Made by a program: the position numbers and the translations under genes
Source: Owenia fusiformis
Lineage: Eukaryota
Length of the DNA: 64,000 bases
Assembly (NCBI GenBank): GCA_903813345.2
Contig: CAIIXF020000001.1
Span: 25,544,001 to 25,608,000 of the forward strand
Direction: 5' to 3'
The notes under the pieces: generated by a model
The model's input: only the letters and a program-made list of their open reading frames with translations
The model's database searches: none
What the model was told of the DNA's origin: nothing
In this document: positions 39,001 through 51,351 of the stretch, in pieces
How positions within the stretch are numbered: the first letter of the stretch is position 1
Layout: every line of letters starts with the position of its first letter

Positions 39001-42000
39001 CATCAGCTGTAGTTGTGTCAGCCACTGTAGTTGTAGCATCAGCTGCTGTAGTATCTGCCGTAGTTGCGTCAGCCACTGTAGTTGTGTCAGCTACTGTTGT
39101 TGTAACATCAGCCGTTGTTGCATCAGCAACTGTTGTTGCAGCATCAGCTGTAGTTGTGTCAGCCACTGTAGTTGTAGCATCAGCTGCTGTAGTATCTGCC
39201 GTAGTTGCGTCAGCCACTGTAGTTGTGTCAGCTACTGTTGTTGTAACATCAGCCGTTGTTGCATCAGCAACTGTTGTTGCAGCATCAGCTGTAGTTGTGT
39301 CAGCCACTGTAGTTGTAGCATCAGCTGCTGTAGTATCTGCCGTAGTTGCGTCAGCCACTGTAGTTGTGTCAGCTACTGTTGTTGTAACATCAGCCGTTGT
39401 TGCATCAGCAACTGTTGTTGCAGCATCAGCTGTAGTTGTGTCAGCCACTGTAGTTGTAGCATCAGCTGCTGTAGTATCTGCCGTAGTTGCGTCAGCCACT
39501 GTAGTTGTGTCAGCTACTGTTGTTGTAACATCAGCCGTTGTTGCATCAGCAACTGTTGTTGCAGCATCAGCTGTAGTTGTGTCAGCCACTGTAGTTGTAG
39601 CATCAGCTGCTGTAGTATCTGCCGTAGTTGCGTCAGCCACTGTAGTTGTGTCAGCTACTGTTGTTGTAACATCAGCCGTTGTTGCATCAGCAACTGTTGT
39701 TGCAGCATCAGCTGTAGTTGTGTCAGCCACTGTAGTTGTAGCATCAGCTGCTGTAGTATCTGCCGTAGTTGCGTCAGCCACTGTAGTTGTGTCAGCTACT
39801 GTTGTTGTAACATCAGCCGTTGTTGCATCAGCAACTGTTGTTGCAGCATCAGCTGTAGTTGTGTCAGCCACTGTAGTTGTAGCATCAGCTGCTGTAGTAT
39901 CTGCCGTAGTTGCGTCAGCCACTGTAGTTGTGTCAGCTACTGTTGTTGTAACATCAGCCGTTGTTGCATCAGCAACTGTTGTTGCAGCATCAGCTGTAGT
40001 TGTGTCAGCCACTGTAGTTGTAGCATCAGCTGCTGTAGTATCTGCCGTAGTTGCGTCAGCCACTGTAGTTGTGTCAGCTACTGTTGTTGTAACATCAGCC
40101 GTTGTTGCATCAGCAACTGTTGTTGCAGCATCAGCTGTAGTTGTGTCAGCCACTGTAGTTGTAGCATCAGCTGCTGTAGTATCTGCCGTAGTTGCGTCAG
40201 CCACTGTAGTTGTGTCAGCTACTGTTGTTGTAACATCAGCCGTTGTTGCATCAGCAACTGTTGTTGCAGCATCAGCTGTAGTTGTGTCAGCCACTGTAGT
40301 TGTAGCATCAGCTGCTGTAGTATCTGCCGTAGTTGCGTCAGCCACTGTAGTTGTGTCAGCTACTGTTGTTGTAACATCAGCCGTTGTTGCATCAGCAACT
40401 GTTGTTGCAGCATCAGCTGTAGTTGTGTCAGCCACTGTAGTTGTAGCATCAGCTGCTGTAGTATCTGCCGTAGTTGCGTCAGCCACTGTAGTTGTGTCAG
40501 CTACTGTTGTTGTAACATCAGCCGTTGTTGCATCAGCAACTGTTGTTGCAGCATCAGCTGTAGTTGTGTCAGCCACTGTAGTTGTAGCATCAGCTGCTGT
40601 AGTATCTGCCGTAGTTGCGTCAGCCACTGTAGTTGTGTCAGCTACTGTTGTTGTAACATCAGCCGTTGTTGCATCAGCAACTGTTGTTGCAGCATCAGCT
40701 GTAGTTGTGTCAGCCACTGTAGTTGTAGCATCAGCTGCTGTAGTATCTGCCGTAGTTGCGTCAGCCACTGTAGTTGTGTCAGCTACTGTTGTTGTAACAT
40801 CAGCCGTTGTTGCATCAGCAACTGTTGTTGCAGCATCAGCTGTAGTTGTGTCAGCCACTGTAGTTGTAGCATCAGCTGCTGTAGTATCTGCCGTAGTTGC
40901 GTCAGCCACTGTAGTTGTGTCAGCTACTGTTGTTGTAACATCAGCCGTTGTTGCATCAGCAACTGTTGTTGCAGCATCAGCTGTAGTTGTGTCAGCCACT
41001 GTAGTTGTAGCATCAGCTGCTGTAGTATCTGCCGTAGTTGCGTCAGCCACTGTAGTTGTGTCAGCTACTGTTGTTGTAACATCAGCCGTTGTTGCATCAG
41101 CAACTGTTGTTGCAGCATCAGCTGTAGTTGTGTCAGCCACTGTAGTTGTAGCATCAGCTGCTGTAGTATCTGCCGTAGTTGCGTCAGCCACTGTAGTTGT
41201 GTCAGCTACTGTTGTTGTAACATCAGCCGTTGTTGCATCAGCAACTGTTGTTGCAGCATCAGCTGTAGTTGTGTCAGCCACTGTAGTTGTAGCATCAGCT
41301 GCTGTAGTATCTGCCGTAGTTGCGTCAGCCACTGTAGTTGTGTCAGCTACTGTTGTTGTAACATCAGCCGTTGTTGCATCAGCAACTGTTGTTGCAGCAT
41401 CAGCTGTAGTTGTGTCAGCCACTGTAGTTGTAGCATCAGCTGCTGTAGTATCTGCCGTAGTTGCGTCAGCCACTGTAGTTGTGTCAGCTACTGTTGTTGT
41501 AACATCAGCCGTTGTTGCATCAGCAACTGTTGTTGCAGCATCAGCTGTAGTTGTGTCAGCCACTGTAGTTGTAGCATCAGCTGCTGTAGTATCTGCCGTA
41601 GTTGCGTCAGCCACTGTAGTTGTGTCAGCTACTGTTGTTGTAACATCAGCCGTTGTTGCATCAGCAACTGTTGTTGCAGCATCAGCTGTAGTTGTGTCAG
41701 CCACTGTAGTTGTAGCATCAGCTGCTGTAGTATCTGCCGTAGTTGCGTCAGCCACTGTAGTTGTGTCAGCTACTGTTGTTGTAACATCAGCCGTTGTTGC
41801 ATCAGCAACTGTTGTTGCAGCATCAGCTGTAGTTGTGTCAGCCACTGTAGTTGTAGCATCAGCTGCTGTAGTATCTGCCGTAGTTGCGTCAGCCACTGTA
41901 GTTGTGTCAGCTACTGTTGTTGTAACATCAGCCGTTGTTGCATCAGCAACTGTTGTTGCAGCATCAGCTGTAGTTGTGTCAGCCACTGTAGTTGTAGCAT

Positions 42001-45000
42001 CAGCTGCTGTAGTATCTGCCGTAGTTGCGTCAGCCACTGTAGTTGTGTCAGCTACTGTTGTTGTAACATCAGCCGTTGTTGCATCAGCAACTGTTGTTGC
42101 AGCATCAGCTGTAGTTGTGTCAGCCACTGTAGTTGTAGCATCAGCTGCTGTAGTATCTGCCGTAGTTGCGTCAGCCACTGTAGTTGTGTCAGCTACTGTT
42201 GTTGTAACATCAGCCGTTGTTGCATCAGCAACTGTTGTTGCAGCATCAGCTGTAGTTGTGTCAGCCACTGTAGTTGTAGCATCAGCTGCTGTAGTATCTG
42301 CCGTAGTTGCGTCAGCCACTGTAGTTGTGTCAGCTACTGTTGTTGTAACATCAGCCGTTGTTGCATCAGCAACTGTTGTTGCAGCATCAGCTGTAGTTGT
42401 GTCAGCCACTGTAGTTGTAGCATCAGCTGCTGTAGTATCTGCCGTAGTTGCGTCAGCCACTGTAGTTGTGTCAGCTACTGTTGTTGTAACATCAGCCGTT
42501 GTTGCATCAGCAACTGTTGTTGCAGCATCAGCTGTAGTTGTGTCAGCCACTGTAGTTGTAGCATCAGCTGCTGTAGTATCTGCCGTAGTTGCGTCAGCCA
42601 CTGTAGTTGTGTCAGCTACTGTTGTTGTAACATCAGCCGTTGTTGCATCAGCAACTGTTGTTGCAGCATCAGCTGTAGTTGTGTCAGCCACTGTAGTTGT
42701 AGCATCAGCTGCTGTAGTATCTGCCGTAGTTGCGTCAGCCACTGTAGTTGTGTCAGCTACTGTTGTTGTAACATCAGCCGTTGTTGCATCAGCAACTGTT
42801 GTTGCAGCATCAGCTGTAGTTGTGTCAGCCACTGTAGTTGTAGCATCAGCTGCTGTAGTATCTGCCGTAGTTGCGTCAGCCACTGTAGTTGTGTCAGCTA
42901 CTGTTGTTGTAACATCAGCCGTTGTTGCATCAGCAACTGTTGTTGCAGCATCAGCTGTAGTTGTGTCAGCCACTGTAGTTGTAGCATCAGCTGCTGTAGT
43001 ATCTGCCGTAGTTGCGTCAGCCACTGTAGTTGTGTCAGCTACTGTTGTTGTAACATCAGCCGTTGTTGCATCAGCAACTGTTGTTGCAGCATCAGCTGTA
43101 GTTGTGTCAGCCACTGTAGTTGTAGCATCAGCTGCTGTAGTATCTGCCGTAGTTGCGTCAGCCACTGTAGTTGTGTCAGCTACTGTTGTTGTAACATCAG
43201 CCGTTGTTGCATCAGCAACTGTTGTTGCAGCATCAGCTGTAGTTGTGTCAGCCACTGTAGTTGTAGCATCAGCTGCTGTAGTATCTGCCGTAGTTGCGTC
43301 AGCCACTGTAGTTGTGTCAGCTACTGTTGTTGTAACATCAGCCGTTGTTGCATCAGCAACTGTTGTTGCAGCATCAGCTGTAGTTGTGTCAGCCACTGTA
43401 GTTGTAGCATCAGCTGCTGTAGTATCTGCCGTAGTTGCGTCAGCCACTGTAGTTGTGTCAGCTACTGTTGTTGTAACATCAGCCGTTGTTGCATCAGCAA
43501 CTGTTGTTGCAGCATCAGCTGTAGTTGTGTCAGCCACTGTAGTTGTAGCATCAGCTGCTGTAGTATCTGCCGTAGTTGCGTCAGCCACTGTAGTTGTGTC
43601 AGCTACTGTTGTTGTAACATCAGCCGTTGTTGCATCAGCAACTGTTGTTGCAGCATCAGCTGTAGTTGTGTCAGCCACTGTAGTTGTAGCATCAGCTGCT
43701 GTAGTATCTGCCGTAGTTGCGTCAGCCACTGTAGTTGTGTCAGCTACTGTTGTTGTAACATCAGCCGTTGTTGCATCAGCAACTGTTGTTGCAGCATCAG
43801 CTGTAGTTGTGTCAGCCACTGTAGTTGTAGCATCAGCTGCTGTAGTATCTGCCGTAGTTGCGTCAGCCACTGTAGTTGTGTCAGCTACTGTTGTTGTAAC
43901 ATCAGCCGTTGTTGCATCAGCAACTGTTGTTGCAGCATCAGCTGTAGTTGTGTCAGCCACTGTAGTTGTAGCATCAGCTGCTGTAGTATCTGCCGTAGTT
44001 GCGTCAGCCACTGTAGTTGTGTCAGCTACTGTTGTTGTAACATCAGCCGTTGTTGCATCAGCAACTGTTGTTGCAGCATCAGCTGTAGTTGTGTCAGCCA
44101 CTGTAGTTGTAGCATCAGCTGCTGTAGTATCTGCCGTAGTTGCGTCAGCCACTGTAGTTGTGTCAGCTACTGTTGTTGTAACATCAGCCGTTGTTGCATC
44201 AGCAACTGTTGTTGCAGCATCAGCTGTAGTTGTGTCAGCCACTGTAGTTGTAGCATCAGCTGCTGTAGTATCTGCCGTAGTTGCGTCAGCCACTGTAGTT
44301 GTGTCAGCTACTGTTGTTGTAACATCAGCCGTTGTTGCATCAGCAACTGTTGTTGCAGCATCAGCTGTAGTTGTGTCAGCCACTGTAGTTGTAGCATCAG
44401 CTGCTGTAGTATCTGCCGTAGTTGCGTCAGCCACTGTAGTTGTGTCAGCTACTGTTGTTGTAACATCAGCCGTTGTTGCATCAGCAACTGTTGTTGCAGC
44501 ATCAGCTGTAGTTGTGTCAGCCACTGTAGTTGTAGCATCAGCTGCTGTAGTATCTGCCGTAGTTGCGTCAGCCACTGTAGTTGTGTCAGCTACTGTTGTT
44601 GTAACATCAGCCGTTGTTGCATCAGCAACTGTTGTTGCAGCATCAGCTGTAGTTGTGTCAGCCACTGTAGTTGTAGCATCAGCTGCTGTAGTATCTGCCG
44701 TAGTTGCGTCAGCCACTGTAGTTGTGTCAGCTACTGTTGTTGTAACATCAGCCGTTGTTGCATCAGCAACTGTTGTTGCAGCATCAGCTGTAGTTGTGTC
44801 AGCCACTGTAGTTGTAGCATCAGCTGCTGTAGTATCTGCCGTAGTTGCGTCAGCCACTGTAGTTGTGTCAGCTACTGTTGTTGTAACATCAGCCGTTGTT
44901 GCATCAGCAACTGTTGTTGCAGCATCAGCTGTAGTTGTGTCAGCCACTGTAGTTGTAGCATCAGCTGCTGTAGTATCTGCCGTAGTTGCGTCAGCCACTG

Positions 45001-48000
45001 TAGTTGTGTCAGCTACTGTTGTTGTAACATCAGCCGTTGTTGCATCAGCAACTGTTGTTGCAGCATCAGCTGTAGTTGTGTCAGCCACTGTAGTTGTAGC
45101 ATCAGCTGCTGTAGTATCTGCCGTAGTTGCGTCAGCCACTGTAGTTGTGTCAGCTACTGTTGTTGTAACATCAGCCGTTGTTGCATCAGCAACTGTTGTT
45201 GCAGCATCAGCTGTAGTTGTGTCAGCCACTGTAGTTGTAGCATCAGCTGCTGTAGTATCTGCCGTAGTTGCGTCAGCCACTGTAGTTGTGTCAGCTACTG
45301 TTGTTGTAACATCAGCCGTTGTTGCATCAGCAACTGTTGTTGCAGCATCAGCTGTAGTTGTGTCAGCCACTGTAGTTGTAGCATCAGCTGCTGTAGTATC
45401 TGCCGTAGTTGCGTCAGCCACTGTAGTTGTGTCAGCTACTGTTGTTGTAACATCAGCCGTTGTTGCATCAGCAACTGTTGTTGCAGCATCACCTGTAGTT
45501 GTGTCAGCCACTGTAGTTGTAGCATCAGCTGCTGTAGTATCTGCCGTAGTTGCGTCAGCCACTGTAGTTGTGTCAGCTACTGATGTTGTAACATCAGCCG
45601 TTGTTGCATCAGCAACTGTTGTTGCAGCATCAGCTGTAGTTGTGTCAGCCACTGTAGTTGTAGCATCAGCTGCTGTAGTATCTGCCGTAGTTGCGTCAGC
45701 CACTGTAGTTGTGTCAGCTACTGTTGTTGTAACATCAGCCGTTGTTGCATCAGCAACTGTTGTTGCAGCATCAGCTGTAGTTGTGTCAGCCACTGTAGTT
45801 GTAGCATCAGCTGCTGTAGTATCTGCCGTAGTTGCGTCAGCCACTGTAGTTGTGTCAGCTACTGTTGTTGTAACATCAGCCGTTGTTGCATCAGCAACTG
45901 TTGTTGCAGCATCAGCTGTAGTTGTGTCAGCCACTGTAGTTGTAGCATCAGCTGCTGTAGTATCTGCCGTAGTTGCGTCAGCCACTGTAGTTGTATCAGC
46001 TACTGTTGTTGTAACATCAGCCGTTGTTGCATCAGCAACTGTTGTTGCAGCATCAGCTGTAGTTGTGTCAGTCACTGTAGTTGTAGCATCAGCTGCTGTA
46101 GTATCTGCCGTAGTTGCGTCAGCCACTGTAGTTGTGTCAGCTACTGTTGTTGTAACATCAGCCGTTGTTGCATCAGCAACTGTTGTTGCAGCATCAGCTG
46201 TAGTTGTGTCAGCCACTGTAGTTGTAGCATCAGCTGCTGTAGTATCTGCCGTAGTTGCGTCAGCCACTGTAGTTGTGTCAGCTACTGTTGTTGTAACATC
46301 AGCCGTTGTTGCATCAGCAACTGTTGTTGCAGCATCAGCTGTAGTTGTGTCAGCCACTGTAGTTGTAGCATCAGCTGCTGTAGTATCTGCCGTAGTTGCG
46401 TCAGCCACTGTAGTTGTGTCAGCTACTGTTGTTGTAACATCAGCCGTTGTTGCATCAGCAACTGTTGTTGCAGCATCAGCTGTAGTTGTGTCAGCCACTG
46501 TAGTTGTAGCATCAGCTGCTGTAGTATCTGCCGTAGTTGCGTCAGCCACTGTAGTTGTGTCAGCTACTGTTGTTGTAACATCAGCCGTTGTTGCATCAGC
46601 AACTGTTGTTGCAGCATCAGCTGTAGTTGTGTCAGCCACTGTAGTTGTAGCATCAGCTGCTGTAGTATCTGCCGTAGTTGCGTCAGCCACTGTAGTTGTA
46701 TCAGCTACTGTTGTTGTAACATCAGCCGTTGTTGCATCAGCAACTGTTGTTGCAGCATCAGCTGTAGTTGTGTCAGTCACTGTAGTTGTAGCATCAGCTG
46801 CTGTAGTATCTGCCGTAGTTGCGTCAGCCACTGTAGTTGTGTCAGCTACTGTTGTTGTAACATCAGCCGTTGTTGCATCAGCAACTGTTGTTGCAGCATC
46901 AGCTGTAGTTGTGTCAGCCACTGTAGTTGTAGCATCAGCTGCTGTAGTATCTGCCGTAGTTGCGTCAGCCACTGTAGTTGTGTCAGCTACTGTTGTTGTA
47001 ACATCAGCCGTTGTTGCATCAGCAACTGTTGTTGCAGCATCAGCTGTAGTTGTGTCAGCCACTGTAGTTGTAGCATCAGCTGCTGTAGTATCTGCCGTAG
47101 TTGCGTCAGCCACTGTAGTTGTGTCAGCTACTGTTGTTGTAACATCAGCCGTTGTTGCATCAGCAACTGTTGTTGCAGCATCAGCTGTAGTTGTGTCAGC
47201 CACTGTAGTTGTAGCATCAGCTGCTGTAGTATCTGCCGTAGTTGCGTCAGCCACTGTAGTTGTGTCAGCTACTGTTGTTGTAACATCAGCCGTTGTTGCA
47301 TCAGCAACTGTTGTTGCAGCATCAGCTGTAGTTGTGTCAGCCACTGTAGTTGTAGCATCAGCTGCTGTAGTATCTGCCGTAGTTGCGTCAGCCACTGTAG
47401 TTGTGTCAGCTACTGTTGTTGTAACATCAGCCGTTGTTGCATCAGCAACTGTTGTTGCAGCATCAACTGTAGTTGTGTCAGCCACTGTAGTTGTAGCATC
47501 AGCTGCTGTAGTATCTGCCGTAGTTGCGTCAGCCACTGTAGTTGTGTCAGCTACTGTTGTTGTAACATCAGCCGTTGTTGCATCAGCAACTGTTGTTGCA
47601 GCATCAGCTGTAGTTGTGTCAGCCACTGTAGTTGTAGCATCAGCTGCTGTAGTATCTGCCGTAGTTGCGTCAGCCACTGTAGTTGTGTCAGCTACTGTTG
47701 TTGTAACATCAGCCGTTGTTGCATCAGCAACTGTTGTTGCAGCATCAGCTGTAGTTGTGTCAGCCACTGTAGTTGTAGCATCAGCTGCTGTAGTATCTGC
47801 CGTAGTTGCGTCAGCCACTGTAGTTGTGTCAGCTACTGTTGTTGTAACATCAGCCGTTGTTGCATCAGCAACTGTTGTTGCAGCATCACCTGTAGTTGTG
47901 TCAGCCACTGTAGTTGTAGCATCAGCTGCTGTAGTATCTGCCGTAGTTGCGTCAGCCACTGTAGTTGTGTCAGCTACTGTTGTTGTAACATCAGCCGTTG

Positions 48001-48376
48001 TTGCATCAGCAACTGTTGTTGCAGCATCAGCTGTAGTTGTGTCAGCCACTGTAGTTGTAGCATCAGCTGCTGTAGTATCTGCCGTAGTTGCGTCAGCCAC
48101 TGTAGTTGTGTCAGCTACTGTTGTTGTAACATCAGCCGTTGTTGCATCAGCAACTGTTGTTGCAGCATCAGCTGTAGTTGTGTCAGCCACTGTAGTTGTA
48201 GCATCAGCTGCTGTAGTATCTGCCGTAGTTGCGTCAGCCACTGTAGTTGTGTCAGCTACTGTTGTTGTAACATCAGCCGTTGTTGCATCAGCAACTGTTG
48301 TTGCAGCATCGGCTGTAGTTGTGTCAGCCACTGTAGTTGTAGCATCAGCTGCTGTAGTATCTGCCACTGTAACATC
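1..48376 (-). repeat. Coding tandem array, 141-bp unit (47 codons), about 343 copies, truncated by left window edge
   Basis: Sequence lines recur every 2820 bp (20x141). The minus-strand unit translates as ADATTTVADTTTADAATTVADATTADVTTTVADTTTVADATTADTTA. Copies are identical in the centre and more diverged at 1-9.3 kb. Confidence 0.99.
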
Positions 48377-48417
48377 TCGCCGAAATCTTTTGGCTAATTT
48401 ATTAGAAACATATTTTT
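1..48417 (-). CDS. Giant repeat exon of a secreted Thr/Ala/Asp/Val-rich mucin-like protein (partial, continues beyond position 1; three apparent frameshifts at ~13061, ~11115, ~10245)
   Basis: Minus-strand acceptor catttaatttcAG ends at 48418. The exon reads (G)AA AAA TAT GTT TCT AAT AAA TTA GCC AAA AGA TTT CGG CGA GAT GTT ACA GTG GCA GAT = E-KYVSNKLAKRFRRDVTVAD, in frame with ORF 13058..48367. I saw no stop in the T/A/D/V register from 10244 to 1. Confidence 0.82.
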
Positions 48418-48510
48418 CTGAAATTAAATGAATGGTTGTTTAATAACTTTAATATTTCTCAAATGACCATAAACCCATTTCAAGACACGTAAGACCCATT
48501 TCATGTTTTT

Positions 48511-48731
48511 AGTCATGCCTAGGTCACATTTGCTCCGGTGCCCGGCCGATTGAGTATTTTGTTCAAAATTGAAAGTCAAATCTCAAATTTAAGGTCGCAT
48601 GAGAGATCCTGAGACATTGTACGTGATTTAAAAAAAAGTTTGGTCAATTTGAATTCAGTCGAAACCGGTTTTGAACAAAATATTGCACCCCCCCCCCCCC
48701 CATGAATCGTTAATGTGACCTAGGCATTACT
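48511..48731. mobile_element. MITE, possibly PIF/Harbinger-like
   Basis: 20-bp TIRs agtcatgcctaggtcacatt / aatgtgacctaggcattact (1 mismatch), plus inner IR tattttgttcaaaa / ttttgaacaaaata. Family assignment is tentative. Confidence 0.7.
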
Positions 48732-49599
48732 TGTCAACGGACAGATATTATATGACCTTATCTAGAAAATGTATATTGTTAAATGAAATTCGGACTATTT
48801 GCAATTGATTGCTAATTAATGAGGTCACATGTTAATGAAGCATGAGTCTGGGTTAAGTATCTTTTTATATAATATAGGTATCTTGTAAACTAATCGAAAC
48901 ATTTCATTTTGGTCTAGGAATTTCAGATTTTCAGATTCTCCAGCTGGTGCATATATTTTCTATTTGATCTCTTTTTCTGATATCAATACACAAAAAACTC
49001 CAATTTCCTAGCCAATATATCTATAATTATATAACAATGTTAAACTGTTACAAGTAATTCAAATGTAATACTAGTGTTTCTCAATTCATCAGTTCGTCTA
49101 TGGTTTACTCAAATGATATTAATATAACATGATTCTCTAGGGCCTAGGACAGAGTTTTTTGTTAAACGACGTAAGGGGGATATTTTGTTCTACCTTCTTC
49201 GGGACAATTCCACAGGCAAATGCTCTAATGTAATCTAATGGGAACATATTGAAATCTATGAATTGATTATGCAAAATCGAGGATTTTCGGTACATAACCC
49301 CATATACCACGGCAAAAAAATTGCATAGATCACCCATTGAGAAAACAAGATATGACCCCTTTTCCGCCATCTATCCGAATTTTAAACAATTTTCAATAGA
49401 TTTCAAACTCAAGACCACCGTCACAAAAAGTCAAATATTTGAAGTGAACCGAATCATTTCGTCATACTTTTTTGTAAAATTGTATACACACAAGATAAAC
49501 AAAACCAAATATAGAATTTGTACATTTTCACGAGTGATTGCGCTGATAAATCTTGATTTCAATCAACCATCATTCCGATCTTAAATTTAGATTTTTTGT

Positions 49600-49785
49600 C
49601 TTCTACCTTTTCACTAGCGCCATCTGTTGCCCTTAGAAATGACGTTATTGTACTATTAACACTTCTACCTTTTCACTAGCGCCATCTGTTGCCCTTAGAA
49701 ATGACGTTATTGTACTATTAACACTTCTACCTTTTCACTAGCGCCATCTGTTGCCCTTAGAAATGACGTTATTGTACTATTAACA
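49600..49785. repeat. Three perfect tandem copies of a 62-bp unit
   Basis: cttctaccttttcactagcgccatctgttgcccttagaaatgacgttattgtactattaaca starts at 49600, 49662 and 49724. Confidence 0.97.
49615..49754 (-). promoter_or_regulatory. Three co-oriented CTCF-like motifs (GCAACAGATGGCGCTA)
   Basis: Reverse complement of 49615-49630, 49677-49692 and 49739-49754 resembles the bilaterian CTCF core CCASYAGRKGGCRSYA. The match is by eye only. Confidence 0.45.
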
Positions 49786-49801
49786 ATATCAAATTCAGAT
49801 A

Positions 49802-50672
49802 CATGGTGTTAAAAAAACGCAACCCAAAGAAATCGCTATATCTTGGAAAATACTTGTCCAATTATATTCATATTTTCAGGAAAAAAAGAAGAGACTGTGT
49901 ATGTATAGCCCCTGTTGTAATTTAGTTGTAAAACATGATGTCTTGGTCACTTGCGCAAAAGACAGTTGTACTAGCAAAATACGAAAAACGCTCATGGAAA
50001 TTAAATCACTATATCTTGGAAAATACTAAATCAATTATGTTCATTTTTTCAGAAAAAGAAAAAAGAGACTATGTATGTATAGCTCCTGTTGTCAGTGAGT
50101 TGTAAAACATGATGCCTTGGACACCTGCTCAAATGACAGTTATACTAGGAAAATATGAAAACGCAGTCAGAGGTGACTGCCACAGCAATAAAACCAAATA
50201 ACTTTCTAACCATAGTGTTTTGGCACTTCAAATCTGGCACAAATTATCCTCATTCAATGTGTGGTGAATTTGTGGAGTTTCATCAAAATCTTTCCAGGGA
50301 CTTTACAGTCATGGTCAAAATTTCTCCCTGAACCGACTGCGATTTGAAAGCATTTCAACCATGACTGTAAAGTCCCTGAAGTGATTTTGATTTCACTCTA
50401 CAGATTTACCAAACAGTGAATGAAGATGATTTGTGCCAAATTTGAAGTGCCAAAACACTATGGTTAGGAAATTATTTAATGTTTTTGCGGTTGCAGACAC
50501 CCTCGACTGCGTTTTTCGTATTTTCCTCGTACAATTATCTTTTGAGCAGGTGTCCAAGGCATCATGTTTTACAACTAATCATTTACATGAGCTATACATA
50601 CACAGTCTCTTCTTTATTTCCTGAAAATATGAACATAATTGAACCAGTATTTTTCGTGTTTTGAACACCCTG
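49802..50672. mobile_element. Tc1/mariner-type non-autonomous foldback element with TA target duplication
   Basis: Ends TA-catggtgttaaaaaaacg and cgtgttttgaacaccctg-TA are inverted. Internal ~300-bp inverted arms (50019-50315 / 50358-50655) and a ~173-bp direct duplication in the left arm (49830 / 50003). Confidence 0.8.
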
Positions 50673-51351
50673 TAGTATTAGTTTAACTCTAATGTCTGCA
50701 ACCTTTTTTTACAACACTAAGTCGCATTTGCTCTCCCCCCCCCCTGCGACTTTTTACTACCAATAATGCATGCATTGTTGTAGGCCTTATTCAATAAACA
50801 CTTCAGAGAAGTACACTTATTGCATTCTTTGAAAAAGTAGGTCAACTAAGGTCAAATCGGGGTCAACGTGTCCTATGGGGTGTCATGTTTTGATATTTTG
50901 TGATAAAATGTTAATTTTCTTTCAAAATAGAATTTTTGGTGCCAAAAATGCTAAGCTTCTTAAAAGAAGAATCTGTTATCTTTCAAACAAAACTAAAATC
51001 AAAGTAAATGCTTTTCTTTAACTGAACTTATGCACTTTCAAAGATAGCAAGTATAGCGAAATCCTGAAACCAATGTAACGCAAAATAATTGAATAATCAA
51101 CAATTTCAAGTTTAACTTGTTTTTGTTTTTTGCATTCATATTTCAACAAAACAAATACCAATCATTGATTTAGTAAGAAAATAGATAAATGCTTGACCTG
51201 GTAATATTCCAATATAATTTCGATCCATAATTTTGCCTAGCAATTGCAACCACCTAGCAACAGCATACATACGGTACCAATTAGTAAAATTGAAAAATAG
51301 GGGGTAGGGGAGAATAAAACAATATGCTTGTAACTTGGAAGAAGTTTTCAG

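Noticed and set aside
11165-45583. Cys-rich plus-strand ORF (CSCVSHCSC...), superficially metallothionein or keratin-associated-like
   Set aside because: Direct antisense of Thr/Ala codons (ACA gives TGT). It is broken by TGA at 45581 and at 761, so it is not constrained.
1-48376. CRISPR array or non-coding centromeric satellite
   Set aside because: There are no unique spacers. All modules are codon multiples and the array is fused in frame to a spliced leader.
1-48376. Identification as fish antifreeze glycoprotein
   Set aside because: AFGP is (Thr-Ala-Ala)n with spacers. This repeat has TTT runs and 17% Asp, so the resemblance is compositional only.
13029-48431. Plus-strand Val/Ala/Ser/Thr ORFs (11,800 aa; also 42..11132)
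   Set aside because: Antisense shadow sharing wobble positions with the minus-strand frame. It has no ATG start, would be an implausibly hydrophobic product, and ends just past the array. The splice, signal and furin evidence is all on the minus strand.
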